Below are positions 12,219-24,879 of a stretch of DNA of 64,000 nucleotides, one piece after another; within the stretch, counting starts at the first letter, position 1, and each line of letters starts with the position of its first letter. Made by a program: the position numbers and the translations under genes. Below the pieces are notes generated by a model. It made no database searches and was not told the origin of the DNA. It saw only the letters and a list, made by a program, of their open reading frames with translations. The stretch is from Raja brachyura (taxonomy: Eukaryota), in contig OY740805.1 of NCBI GenBank assembly GCA_963514005.1, forward strand, positions 38,936,001-39,000,000, given 5' to 3'.

Positions 12219-13048
12219 TCACTGGGACACAAGAGTCTGCAGATGCGGCACATGCATGAGGTGGAATAGTGGAGAGACCCCCAATGCAGGAGCGAGAAGT
12301 GAACTTCTGGTAGAATTAAATTGATCAAGAAGCATTGTGGAAGCTATGAGCGGGTCCTCTTTGAAGAGGGCAATTAGTGATGAACTTAATGCTGGTCTTG
12401 CAGCGACATCCACACCCTGAGAAATTGATCACCTACTTACATGAATTCCTTAATAAGACGGTTTTGTTTATTAAGAACAGTATTGTATTAACTCGTGAAG
12501 TCGATGAAAAACAATGCCAATAATAGCACAAAGTAATACTTAAGTTGGACAACCAGGTAGCTCTTGCGGTCTCTCCTGTTCGTTTCTCTCGTCATGCCGG
12601 ATTGTGTTTCAGTCACCGCCAATGCTCCCACGTCGATGCCGGCCTCCTGCATCGGAATCTGCTTATTCTCGGTGCCCCACTTCTCTGCAGTTATTTCAGC
12701 TCGGCAGCAGTTGAAAGCGGTACCGCAGTCAACTGAACTTCCTGACATGCTTGAGGTTGCGTGCATGAAACTTGTACGAACCTTCTTGACATGCTGCATA
12801 TTTTTAAACCATATTGTGCTATTTTGAAGTTCTATAGGTATACGTTTTGTTTAAGGTAATAATTTATAATGCTTGGTTCATTGTTGTTGATGTCCAGAAT
12901 TCACTGGGACACAAGAGTCTGCAGATGCGGCACATGCATGAGGTGGAATAGTGGAGAGACCCCCAATGCAGGAGCGAGAAGTGAACTTCTGGTAGAATTA
13001 AATTGATCAAGAAGCATTGTGGAAGCTATGAGCGGGTCCTCTTTGAAG
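12219..13048. repeat. 148-bp direct repeat pair
   Basis: 12219-12366 appears identical to 12901-13048. Confidence 0.9.
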
Positions 13049-16000
13049 GTAAACACTCCCCTAAACATGACGAATTGCTACAGTGATAGATTAATGCAAT
13101 AGATACATTTAATCCCCCTTCGTTAAATTTGGATCCAACTCTTGACAATTTTTGGATATAAACGATTTGGACCTGTACATAGGTTCTGGTTCTGGTTGAT
13201 TGCGTGGCATGGTGGCATAAATAGGTGCAGGATTAGGCCATTCAGTTCTTGGAGCCAGACCAACCATTCAATGTGATCATGGCTGATCATCCACAATCAG
13301 TACCCCGTTCCTGCCTAATCCCCATATCATTTGATTCCTCTAGCCCTGAGAGCTCTATCCAGTGAATCGGCCTCCGTCGGCTTCTGAGGAAGAGAATTCC
13401 ACACATTCACCCAACTCTCTGGGTGAAAAAGTTTGTCCTCATCTCAGTTCTAATGGTTAGTCAGTTTGGGATGAGACTAACATTGGTTAAAATAATTTTC
13501 CCCAGTATGTTGGATGGTGTTTGTGAACATGTGATCGAGAATGGATCGACAAGGCTAATATTCATTGTAATTTAGGATGAGATGGAATCTTATAAAAACA
13601 TTTTATTTTAGCGGATTGGACAGGCTGGATGCAGGAAAACTGTTCCTGATTTTGGGGGGATCCAGAACCAGGGTTTCACAGTTTAAGAATAACGGGTAGG
13701 CCATATAGGACTGAGATGACTGAGAACCTTTTCACCCGGAGAGTTGTAAATCGGTGGCATTGTCTGCCACAGGAGACAATAGAGGCCCATTCACTGGGTG
13801 TATTCAAGAGAGAGTTAGATACAGCTCTTGGGGTTAATGGAATCAAGGGATATGGGGGAGAAAGCAGGAACAGGGCACTGATTTTGGATGATCAGCCATG
13901 ATCAAATTAAATGACTCTCGTTCGAAGGGCCGAACGGCCTACTCCTGCACATATTTTCCATGTTTCTACGTTTCTATGGTGACATTTTGGAGATGAATAC
14001 ATTTGTCTTGGATGGAACAATATTTTATTGAAATGGGCCAATGTGCAGAATAATGGGTGATTTATTTAACTCGGATAAAATGATGCAAGTTGGTAAACAG
14101 GGCAGGGCGGATTATACACATTAAAAAGTTACGCCCTGTGTTATTTTTAGCAGACTAGAGAGACATTGAAATGCAAACACACAGCTCCACGAACATTGCA
14201 CCGGGGATGGGCAGGGTGGTGACGAAGGCGTTTGACACATTTGCTGGGTCCGTGAGGGTATGAAATGCAGGATTTGATACAACTTTACAAGACACTACTA
14301 AGATCCACACCTTCAGATTCAGGGACAGTTTCTTCCCAGCTGATATCAGGTAACTGAATCATACTTCCTCTAACACAGAGCAGTGCTGAACTACTATCTA
14401 CCTCTTTGGTGACCCTCGGACTGTACTTGATCGGACTTTGCTGGCTTTACTTTGCACTAAACGTTCTTCCCTTATCATTGGAAATGGCTTGATTTTCTGC
14501 AAACTGGATAGCACGCAACAAGAGCTTTTCACTGTAGCTCGTTACACGTGACAATAAACTAAACTGAACAACTGAACGAACTGCATTGATACGACCTTCC
14601 CCCTCACCTCCATCCAGGGATCCCAGCCGTCCTTCCAAATGAGACAGAGGTTCACGGTCACCTCATCCACTGCATCCTGTATTCCTGGTGACGCCCGGTG
14701 CACATTCGTGTGAAAGTCCAGAGTCGCCGAACATTTTCCTGAACACTTGCACTCGGTCCGCCAAGGGCTGCCGGATGCCAACCATTTTAACTTCTCTTCC
14801 CATTCCCACGTTGATCTTTCTGTCCTGGGCCTTTTCCGTTGCCAGAGTGAGGCCATACACAAACTGGAGGGACAGTGTCTCATGTTCCCAACAACATCAA
14901 TAACAGTAATGTTTTTATGTGCAGCAGGACTGACAGGGTCAGGGCAAATTTCGACCAGAGACTCGGAATGCGAACGCATGTCCTCTCTCCGCAGATCCGG
15001 CCTGGCCAACTGCGGACCCATCCCAAGCCCTCTTGACTATCTCAGCTTTGTCCACCCACACAACAGAGGTCTGGGCTCGGGCAAAAAGGTCTGAGTCAGA
15101 GATTTTGCAACCCACTTTGTTGGGAGTTGGGAATGCTGATTACAAGCCTGGAAGATTAAGGACAGGGGGATGGAATGGCAACATTCCTTGAATGAGGAAC
15201 TAGGATTATTTACTAACTTTGGAGTCATGAAGAGAAGTTGTGTGGCCCGCAGTTTAAGGAGGGAAAGTTGTGAGGAGTGATATAGATGCAAACTCAGATT
15301 AAGGACAAGTAAAAATTTCATTAATCCGCCTCGGTACATATGACAATTAACAACTCATGACTATTTCTCTCTCTTGGGCTGAGGGCGGCGATTAAAGTTT
15401 CACCTGATGGATTGGGTGAAAGAAGGGAAGAAACAGAGGCAGATAATCAGAGAGGAAAAATGTAAACGGTGTTGGTTCATTGAAATCAAACGCACTTACA
15501 ATATTGTAGGTCAGTGGATTAATACAACAGATACATTTAATACCCTGTTGATGCAGTTAGATAATTCGCACGACCAGTAACATTCATAAGAACCAAATAG
15601 AAAGATTGTGTTTATTTGAATAGTGTGCTTGGTGCTTCTAATACTCCAATTGAAATAAACCCAAATCGGTTGGACAGTATAGCTCGTCTGTGCTCGGTCT
15701 GTGAATGTTCCTGCCTTCAAATTGACTCCTGCATTTCAGTTGCCATTCCTGGCTGCGCTTCAAAGAGAATTCCACCAGTAAAGCACTTTGGGGTCTCCTA
15801 AAAGAGATGCGAGGACATTGTGTAAATGTAAGCGTGTTGTTGTTGTTCGCACTCGATCTTGGAGGGAATATTCCATTTCCGATGCGCAAACAGGGGTAGT
15901 GGATAGACGAAGTAGCCGATGGCGTCCGCGGTCTTGGAATGGACTTTGGTCACTCGGGTTTTCTCGAGACGGCGAGAAAGCGAAGGGAAGAGTCGGGGCT

Positions 16001-16686
16001 CGAGCAGAGGAAAGTGGGAGCTGGTTGGAGGCTGGCAGTGAGGGAGATGAAGCGTTAAAGCGGTGAGCGAGAGCAGGAAGCAGCACCGATACAGACATGA
16101 TGTACCCAAGAGAGAGGTGAGGGAGGGGTCCGGCGGCGACTGAAACAAGGAATGATCTGCGTATCCTACAGAGAGACAGGCAGAGCCTGAGCACAACGGG
16201 CTCCCACCTGGAACCGGGAATTCGGTTTGAACCCGTTCTTCCAAAGATCCGTTACAAGAAAACGAATCTGTTGTGTGGAGAACAAATGCTGCATATACGA
16301 TATAAATTCTAATAGTTGGCGGACTTTAGGACCGGGGGAGCCCGAAGCTCAGGACCCGCCGCCCGCGGCTGCTGCTGAACCCGCGGGAAGGGCGATTGTT
16401 TCAATCTTTATATTTTCACAAAAGTAATTTCTGTTCCGTTGCCGGACGCGGTTAACGCGTTAAAATGAACGGATCGACAGACAGACAGTTCTGATTTCAG
16501 TTGCTGTTTATTTCACTCTTCCCACATTTACATTCCCCCTGGTTTTATTTCCGCGCGCACTGGGGTTTCACGACGCGGAATTTGGGGATTAAATGGGAGC
16601 CGTTCAGCGCCGACCTGTTGTCCACCGGGTTTCTGCCCCACAGCCCCTGACCCCGCTCCTGACGCCGGACCCAGGACCCGACCCTT

Positions 16687-17219
16687 TTACACACCCGGAG
16701 CGGAATCGGAGCAGATTCGCAGCCACTGATTTTCACCCCAAGTCCAGAAGAGAGGATAAAGTTTCTCCGTGAATTTATTCCCAGTGAAGGTGTGGAGATG
16801 GGACTTGGTGTCCGCGTCGTAAAATGAAACTGTCCCTGACTCGTAACTGAGATAAACTCCCACCCTCCCGGGGATGGGACGGGCGGGGAGAGGGGATTGA
16901 GGGTCGCTATCTGCATTAAACCCGTCACCCGACCGCCCGATGCTCCAGACTCCAGTCCCCGGGGTCAGGTCGTCCTCTCCATTCCTCTCCACAGACTCTG
17001 CGGCGACTCCCAGACACCAGCCCCGATTCCCCGCCACCTCCACCACCCAGTAATGTCTCCCCGATGTGAATCCCTCCGATCCCAGCACACACGCATACAC
17101 TGTAAACCTCTTCCCGGTGTCAGGGAGACTCCTCTGGGTCTCGGTCCATCTCACCCTCTTCCGATCCTCAGACACCTCGAGCTGCGGATGCGCTGTTTCC
17201 ACATCCAGGGTGACGGAGA
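16687..17219 (-). CDS. TRIM copy B exon 6: B30.2 (PRY/SPRY) domain
   Basis: Same acceptor and 533-bp length as copy A; intact B30.2 motifs. Confidence 0.95.
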
Positions 17220-17590
17220 CTGGGGGGAGAAGCAGAGAATCAGAGAGTCCCCGGAGGTCGGGGGGAGACTTGGGCAGCGCGGCCCCGGGACCGGGGGAGA
17301 AGTGGCTCGGCCTCAGTCACAGGCGGGCGGACAACTGAAAAGGGGGACTTCCGCAGGTTATCGGGAACGGCAGGAAAGGGGGAATTCCTCAGGTTATCGG
17401 GAACGGGAGGGGGCAAGGCGTGCAGTCGCGGAAAAGGAAAGCGGAAAGTGAGGATGAACGAGAGATTGCGGGTGAGGATGGAGAAATAAGGCGGGTATTC
17501 AAATGTCTTGCCAGTAGATGGCGAGGGAGGGGCAGATTTGAAGATGAGGAGGTGGATGCGAGTGGTAATTAGAGGTGGTTAAAGAGGATG

Positions 17591-18898
17591 CAGGATTTAG
17601 GAATTTATAGGATTGGACATCTGTATAGAAAGGGAAAATTTCTTTTATTTCATGAGTTACAAGAAATTTATGGGTTACCACCACATAATTTGTTTAGGTA
17701 TCTACAAATTAGAGATTATATTAAGTCTAACACATAAGATTATAAAATTAAAGAACCAGGATTATTAGATGAAGTATTTAATAAACATCCAAATTCAGAA
17801 AAATTTATATCTTATATATATAATCTTATTTTGGATAGGGAGAATCCAACAACAGAAATATACCGTCAAGCATGGGAAAATGAAATTGGTTTATCTATAA
17901 CAAAAGAATCTTGGGAAGAAAGTTAACAACGCATACATCGCTGTTCATTAAACGCGAGGCATACATTGATACAATTTAAAGTTTTATATAGGTTACATTA
18001 TTCAAAAACCAAATTAAATAGAATTTTTCCTAATGTCTCTCCTATTTGTGATAAATGTCAGAATTTAGAGGCTAATTTAATACATAGTTTTGTAACGTGT
18101 TCAAAACTTAGTTATTATTGGACAGAAATCTTTAGAGTTATATCTGAAGTTCTTAGAGTTAAACTGGATCCAGAACCAAAGTTAATAATATTAGGAATTC
18201 CGGATTCACAATGCGTATTAACAGTAAATCAAAGAATTTTCTTAGATTACTGTTTGATAATAGGGAAAAAAATAATATTGAAATTTTGGAAGGGAACATT
18301 AACCCCCATAATTAAAATGTGGACAGCAGAGATGTTGGAGACTTTGTATTTGGAAAGAATCAGATTTGTCCTAATGGACAAATGTGAAATCTTTGAACAA
18401 ATATGGTCTCCATATATACAATATTTGAAGGGCTAGCTGTTCTTGGCATTACTACTCAATGGGTACTAGACAGGATTTGACGAAAAAAATATGGATTTTC
18501 TAATTGGGTTTTGTGTACACGTCTCCGCAATACGACGTTATAATTACAATACATTTTGTTGTTTCTATCTTAAATATTCATATTATACCATATATTGTTC
18601 ACAAAGGGGAATTATATATATATACTGAATAGATATATACTAAGTAGTGTTTGATTTCTTTTTCTTTTCTTTTTTTTTCTTTGACTTTTTATCTTTTTTT
18701 ATTATTCAAACACAATCATTTTCTTTCTTTTTTTTTCGATTTAAAGTCTATTCCTTTTTTCTTATTCTTTCTTTATTTCTAAAAAACAGAAGATAATAAT
18801 AGCGAATATGATAGTTGTACATTTACTGAATTACGTTGGTATATGTAAATTTGTTTTACTACTTGGAAATTATTACATCTAATAAAAAATATTATTAA
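17591..18898 (+). mobile_element. L1-clade LINE 3' fragment in TRIM B intron 5
   Basis: IQFKVLYRLHYS..CDKC..H..C ORF2 C-terminal zinc finger, AT-rich 3' UTR, AATAAA near the end; breakpoints defined by the empty site in copy A. Confidence 0.85.
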
Positions 18899-19468
18899 TA
18901 GACATGTGGGGTGGAGTTGCCGTGATCATGCTGAACGGGAGTGGACTGGAGGAGCGAGGCAATTTGCTACTGTTTCCTTGCTTTCTTTAGAGGAGGGTGG
19001 ATTTGATGCGTCTGTACAACCAAGAACACGCTGGTCTCATTGTGAAACAATATATGAACTTCGCTGGGGGACTTGACAATGTTTTGCATGTAAGGCTGGT
19101 CCAGAAAGCGAAGGCAGGTTGGATCCAAGACGAGTTATAAAATGGTTCCAACATTGTCTTGGTGATTGGAGGTGGAAGGTAGCGGTGGAAGGATGTTCTG
19201 CTTGGAGGTCTGTGACTGGTGGTGTGCAGCAGAGATCGGTGCTGCAACCTTTGCTGTTTATTTTCTATTTTCGTGGCTTGGATGTGAATGTAGGAGGTGT
19301 GAGAAGTACTTTTGTGGAGAATGTGAAATACGGAGAGCGAGGAAGTCTCCCAAAGTAAGCAACAAGATATAGGCTCGATCATCAAAACCTTATTGTCATG
19401 CATGGATATCAATACTGGAGGACGCAGTTTTCTTCACATAAAGAGTTGTTAAGGGGTATCAGTTTTAC

Positions 19469-19587
19469 CTCGTTTGATGATATATGATGTTTCTCTTAGT
19501 GCCATGTTGTGGAAAAAAGTTAGATCAAACTTTTCAATTTGTAAAACGCCATCTACCACCAATATTGGTTTGGTTTCATCACTAAAC
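19469..19587 (-). CDS. TRIM copy B exon 5 (119 bp)
   Basis: GCAG|G..CGAG|GTAAAA; open frame; homologous to 5848-5966. Confidence 0.85.
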
Positions 19588-19683
19588 CTGCAAATATTAA
19601 ACCGCTGGTTAGAAATTGAGCATTACCAACTTTATGAGCTGTACTGTAAAACATGCATAGTTTCAGTCAAAAGTATGTCCTAC

Positions 19684-19706
19684 CCACTCTTGCGACCAGC
19701 TTCCTC
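19684..19706 (-). CDS. TRIM copy B exon 4 (23 bp)
   Basis: TTTCAG|GAGGAAGCTGGTCGCAAGAGTGG|GTAGG. Confidence 0.85.
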
Positions 19707-19812
19707 CTGAAATAAATAAAACACAAACCTCAATAGACTGAGATGGATCATGATCCCGATGGCGGGTATTTCTCCAAATTGCTACAATCCCCCCCCCGTA
19801 GCCCCCATAATT

Positions 19813-22800
19813 GTGTGGGTTTAAACTAAATAGTGGGGGGGAGGGATTGACAAATTGGGAGTATAAAGATGGAGTTGAAGGGGAAGTGGCTACAGGAAAA
19901 ATGACAAAGGATTCTCAAATGAATGCGAAGGAAAGCTTGAGAATGGACAACAGAGTAAGGTCAGCGCCAATTGCGAGGGGGGAAGTGAATACGGAGGTCA
20001 ATGTACTGCATATGAATGCGATATGAGTACTGTATAAGGAATAAAGTGGACGAGCTTGAAGCTCAGCTAGAAACTGGCAAGTATGATGTTGTGGGAATTA
20101 CTGAGACGTGGCTGCAAGAGGGCCAGGGCTGAGAACTGAATATTAAAGGGTATACCTCCTATCAAAAAGACAGACAGGTGGGCAGAGGGGGTGGGGATGC
20201 CCTGTTGGTGAGAAATGAAATTCAGTCCCTTGCAAGGGGTGACATTTGAAACAGGAGATGTGCAATCAGTATGGATAGAACTAAGGAATTGTAAGGGCAA
20301 AAAGACCCTAATGGGACTAATCTACAGGCCCCCAAACAGTAGCCTGGACATTGGGCGCAAGTTGAATCAGGAGTTATAATTGGCATGTAGTATGAGGAAT
20401 GCTGTGGTTGTTATGGGAGATTTCAACATGCAGGTAGACTGGGAAAGCAGGTTGGCACTGGAACCCAAGAAAGGGACTTTGTAGAATGCCTTCATGATGG
20501 ATTCTCAGAACAGCTTGTATAGGAGCCTACCAGGGAGAAGGCAATTCTGGATTTAGTGTTATGTAATGAACCAGATTTGATAAAGGACCTCGAAGTTAAT
20601 GAGCCATTAGGAGGCAGTGACCATAACAATGTCAGTTTTAATCTACAATTGGAGAGTGAGAAGAGTAGATCGATGGTGTCAGCGTTGCAGTTGAATAAAG
20701 GAGACTATGGGGCCATGAGGGAGGAGCTGGCCAAAGTTGACTGGAAAGATATACTAGCAGGGATGACAGTGGAACAAAAATGGCAGGTGTTTCTAGGAAT
20801 AACACAGAAGGTGCAGGATCAGTTCATTCCTGGGAGAAAGAAAGATTCCAGGGGAGAAAGGGACGACCATGGCTGACAAGGGACGTCAGGGACAGTATAA
20901 AAATAAAAGTGAAGAAGTACAACGCAGCAAAGACAAGCGGGAAGCGAGAGGATTGGGTAATGTTTAAAGAACAACAGAAGATAACCAAAAAGACAATACG
21001 GGGAGAAAAGATGAGTTACGAAGGTAAGCTAGCCAAGAATATAAAACAGGATAGAAAAAGCTTATCTAGGTATGTGAAGAGGAAAACATTAGTTAAGACC
21101 AAAGTTGAAGACCGAAAAATGTGAATTTATTATGGGGAACAAGGAAATGGCAGATGAGTTGAACAGGTACGTTGGATCTGTCTTCACAAAGGAGGACACA
21201 AACAATCTTCCTGATATAGTAATGGCCAGATGATCTGGGGTGAGAGAGGAACTGAAGGAAATCCACATTAGGCAGGAAATGGTGTTGGATACACTGATGG
21301 GACTGAAAGCTGATCAATTCCCAGGGCCTGATGGTCTGCATCCCAGGGTACTTAAGGAAGTGGCTGTAGACATTGTGGATGCATTGGTGATAATTTTCCA
21401 ATGTTCTATAGACTCAGGATCAGTTCCTGTCAATTGGAGGGTAGCTAATGTTATCCTAATTTTTAAGGTGGGAGAGAGAAAACGGGGCATTATAGACCAG
21501 TTAGCCCGACATCGGTGGTGGGGAAGATGCTGGAGTCAAGTATAAAAAGATAGCCGCACATTTGGATAGCAGTAACAGGATCAGTCCGAGTCAGCATGGA
21601 TTTACGAAGAGGAAATCATGCTTGACTAATCTTCTGGAATGTTTTGAAGATGTAACTAGGAAAATGGACAAGGGAGAGCCAGTGGATGTAGAGTACCTGG
21701 ACTTTCAGAAAGCATTTGATAAGGTCCCACATAGGAGATTAGTGGGCAAAATTAAGGCACATGGTATTGGGGGTAGAGTGCTGACATAGATAGAGAAGTG
21801 GTTGGCAGACAGGAAACAAAGAGCAGGGATTAACGGGTCCCTTTCAGAATGGCAGGCAGTGACTAGTACCGCAAGGCTCGGTGCTGGGACCGCAGCTATT
21901 TACAATATATATCAATGATTTGGATGAAGGGATTCAAAGTAACATTAGCAAATTTGCAGATGACACAAAGCTGGGTGGCAGTGTGAACTGTGAGGAGGAA
22001 GCTATGAGAATGCAGGGTGATTTGGACAGGTTGGGGGTGTGGGCAGATAAAGTTTAATGCGGATAAATGTGAGGTTATCCACTTTGGTAGCAAAAACAGG
22101 AAGGCAGATTATTATCAAAAATGGCGTCAGGTTGGGAAAAGGGGAAGTACAACGAGAACTAGGGGTCCTTGTACATCAGTCCATGAATGCAGGTAAAGCA
22201 GGCAGTAAAGAAAGCGAATGGCATGTTGGCCTTTATAACAAGAGGAATCGAATATAGAAGCAAAGAGGTCCTTCTGCTGTTGCACAGAGCCCTAGTGAGA
22301 CCACACCTGGGGTATTGTGTGCAGTTTTGGTCCCCTAATTTGAGGAAGGACATTCTTGCTATTGAGGGAGTGCAGCGTAGGTTTACAAGGTTAATTCCTG
22401 GATGGCTGAGAGAATGGAGCAGCTGGGCTTGTACACTCGGGAGTTTAGAAGGATGAGAGGGTATCTCATCGAAGCGTATAAGATTGTTAAGAGCGTTGAC
22501 ACACTAGAGGCAGAAAACATGTTCCCGATGTTGGGGGAGTTCAGAACCAGGGGCCACAGTTTAAGAAGGAGTAAGCCATTTAGAATGGAGACGAGGAATC
22601 ACTTTTTCTCACAGAGAGTGGTGAGTCTGTGGAATTCTCTGCCTCAGGTTGGAGGCAGGTTCTCTGGATGCTTTCAAGAGAGAGCTAGATAAGGCTCTTA
22701 AAAATAGCGGAGTCAGGGGATATGGGGAGAAGGCAGGAATGGGCTACTGATATGAATGATCAGCCATGATCACATTGAATGGCAGTGCTGGCTCGATGTG

Positions 22801-22830
22801 CCAAATGGCCTACTCCTGCACCTATTTTCT
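19813..22830 (+). mobile_element. Degenerate CR1 LINE with near-complete ORF2 in TRIM B intron 3
   Basis: APE motifs (YDVVGITETWLQ) and RT motifs (QHGFTK, YLDFQKAFDKVPH, KFADDTK), multiple frameshifts; ATAATT duplicated at 19807-19812 and 22831-22836. Confidence 0.92.
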
Positions 22831-23367
22831 ATAATTCCCTTTTTGCAACCATTTGCCATTGTCACACAGTCAGAAAGTGTATATTGTCGTTGAGACATTG
22901 AACACGGGGGAAATCATATGTCGATGAAAATAACTGCATGTATGCAACTTATGATTAAGACCAGGCAGGTCGTGGGATTTTAACTGAGAATATCAGATAA
23001 TAGGATGGAATATTTTAAGGTCAGCGGTGGATTTAAATGGATGGGGGTTGCAAATATTGTCCCGATTAGTGGGGAAAATAAAAATAAAGTCTGGAATGTA
23101 TGATGGCCTTTAGTGAATTCCACAAGAAATGCAATAAACAGAACGTGGGTCTCACAGGGTGGCCTGAAGACAATATTGCAGATAAGTTGAAGTGGAATAA
23201 ATCCTGGAATTTGGGGCATTATTGTCGGATGTGGTGAGTAGAAGGAACAGGCGGAACATTGACCCAGTACTGAATTACTGGTAAATGCAGCATTTATTTC
23301 AGAAATGTAACGCACCATTTTGTGACTGTGCACTTTCACTTCAAGAAACTGTAGTGTAACCCCTCAC

Positions 23368-23601
23368 CTTCAGAAATATCACGCCATCCTTGTGGTCTAT
23401 CTGTTCCTGTAACTGTGAGAGTTCCTCCTGAATTGAATTTAAACTCTCTTGAATCTCTTGAAGATTTTTTTCCAATGTTTTTACAATTTTCCTCTCTTCT
23501 TCCTGGATATCTCCGAGTATGCGCTGCTCTTTCTCGGTGAGAATCTGGTGCAGTTCAGCAAACTGGGATGTGGTCTGTGACTGAAGGTTGCGTGACGCTT
23601 C
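23368..23601 (-). CDS. TRIM copy B exon 3 (234 bp)
   Basis: ACAG|GAAGCG..CTGAAG|GTGAGG; open frame. Confidence 0.9.
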
Positions 23602-24282
23602 CTGTCAGATGAAAGATGAGAATCAATATATTGTGTCACTCGACTGTGTTTCCTCGTGACATGGAAGGTGACATTTGGCTAATCAATGTCGAGTTCTGGA
23701 GTGCAGAAATATGCCGTTCGGCCCAACATGTCCGTGCTATCTACACTAATCACATTTACATGTATTTAATTCGTAGCTTTCATTAACTTGGCAATTCAAG
23801 AGCTCTTCTTAAAAATTCTGAAATAGTATTAGATACCGACCTGCGTTATTTCCACCTGTCTACGTTTGGCCCAGATAGTCCTAAAATGTTCTCTGCACGA
23901 ATTTGTTCAAATATATTTTAAATATTGTTATGGTACCTGAATCCCCTGGCAGCTTGTTCCATTTATCCCACCACAAAAGTTGCCATTAATGTTCATATTA
24001 TATCTGCTCCTTCTCACCATAAACCTATGCCTTCGCCTGATCGACGCGCTACTCAGGGTAAAAGACGGAGTATTCACCCTAACATTTTGTTTTGTCATAT
24101 TATACACCTGCAGTAGATCATTCTTCAGACAGCTGCGCTCCAGGGAGTAAAACCCTTGGCTGCTCAACCGCTCCCAAGATCTCGGCTCCTCGACTATTGA
24201 GTTCCAGAGGTGCCCAATTATTACATACATCACAGGGATGAAATCTACCCCAAAACATTAAACCGATAGAACAAACCCTCAC

Positions 24283-24378
24283 CTGAACTCCAGAAATGCT
24301 CTCTTTCTGTTCCTGCTCCATTTCCTGCATCTCTGATTTCTTTTCTGTGAGAGATTCAAAAGAAGATTTCACCTGTTC
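24283..24378 (-). CDS. TRIM copy B exon 2 (96 bp)
   Basis: CCCAG|GAACAG..GTTCAG|GTGAGG. Confidence 0.9.
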
Positions 24379-24468
24379 CTGGGATTGGGTTTCAGGCCAG
24401 AAAAAGAAAATATCAGAAAATAAAGAAAAGATTAGACATTAATGTGATCAAAATCGATTTGGTTTTAC

Positions 24469-24879
24469 CTTGTAGATTTCAATTGCTTCGTCTACCGGCA
24501 TGAAGCTGTGAGTCTTGTGTTCCCGCCCAGCTGCACAAATCACACAGATCAGCTTCTTGTCAGTTTCACAAAACAGCTTCAGCTCTTCCTGATGTTTCTC
24601 GCAGTGAAGTTTACTTTCCTTCTCTTTGAGATTCAGGCTCAGTGCTCGAGCTTTCTCAGACAGTCTCGCCAAGGCCCGATTCACCCTGAAGCCGCGGTCC
24701 ACAAACTCCTCTCTACATTCCGGGCACGAGTTTCTCCCCGCGCTGTCCCAACTCTGTGTGATGCAGGAGTGGCAGAAGTTGTGCCCACACTCCAGTGACA
24801 CCGAATCGGTGAAGAATTCCAGGCAGATGGGACAAACTACCTCCTCGGTCCAACTCTCGACCTGGTCTTTCGCAGCCAT
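24469..24879 (-). CDS. TRIM copy B exon 1: RING + B-box (gene 16687-24879, 471 aa)
   Basis: [30 protein letters not shown]; intact B-box; donor AAG|GTAAAA. Confidence 0.95.

Noticed and set aside
15500-16180. Short matches to 13081-13120 and 11878-11930 plus a CpG-rich stretch with overlapping ORFs, as a possible third TRIM unit or exon
   Set aside because: Matches are short and out of order; no TRIM exon or recognisable domain
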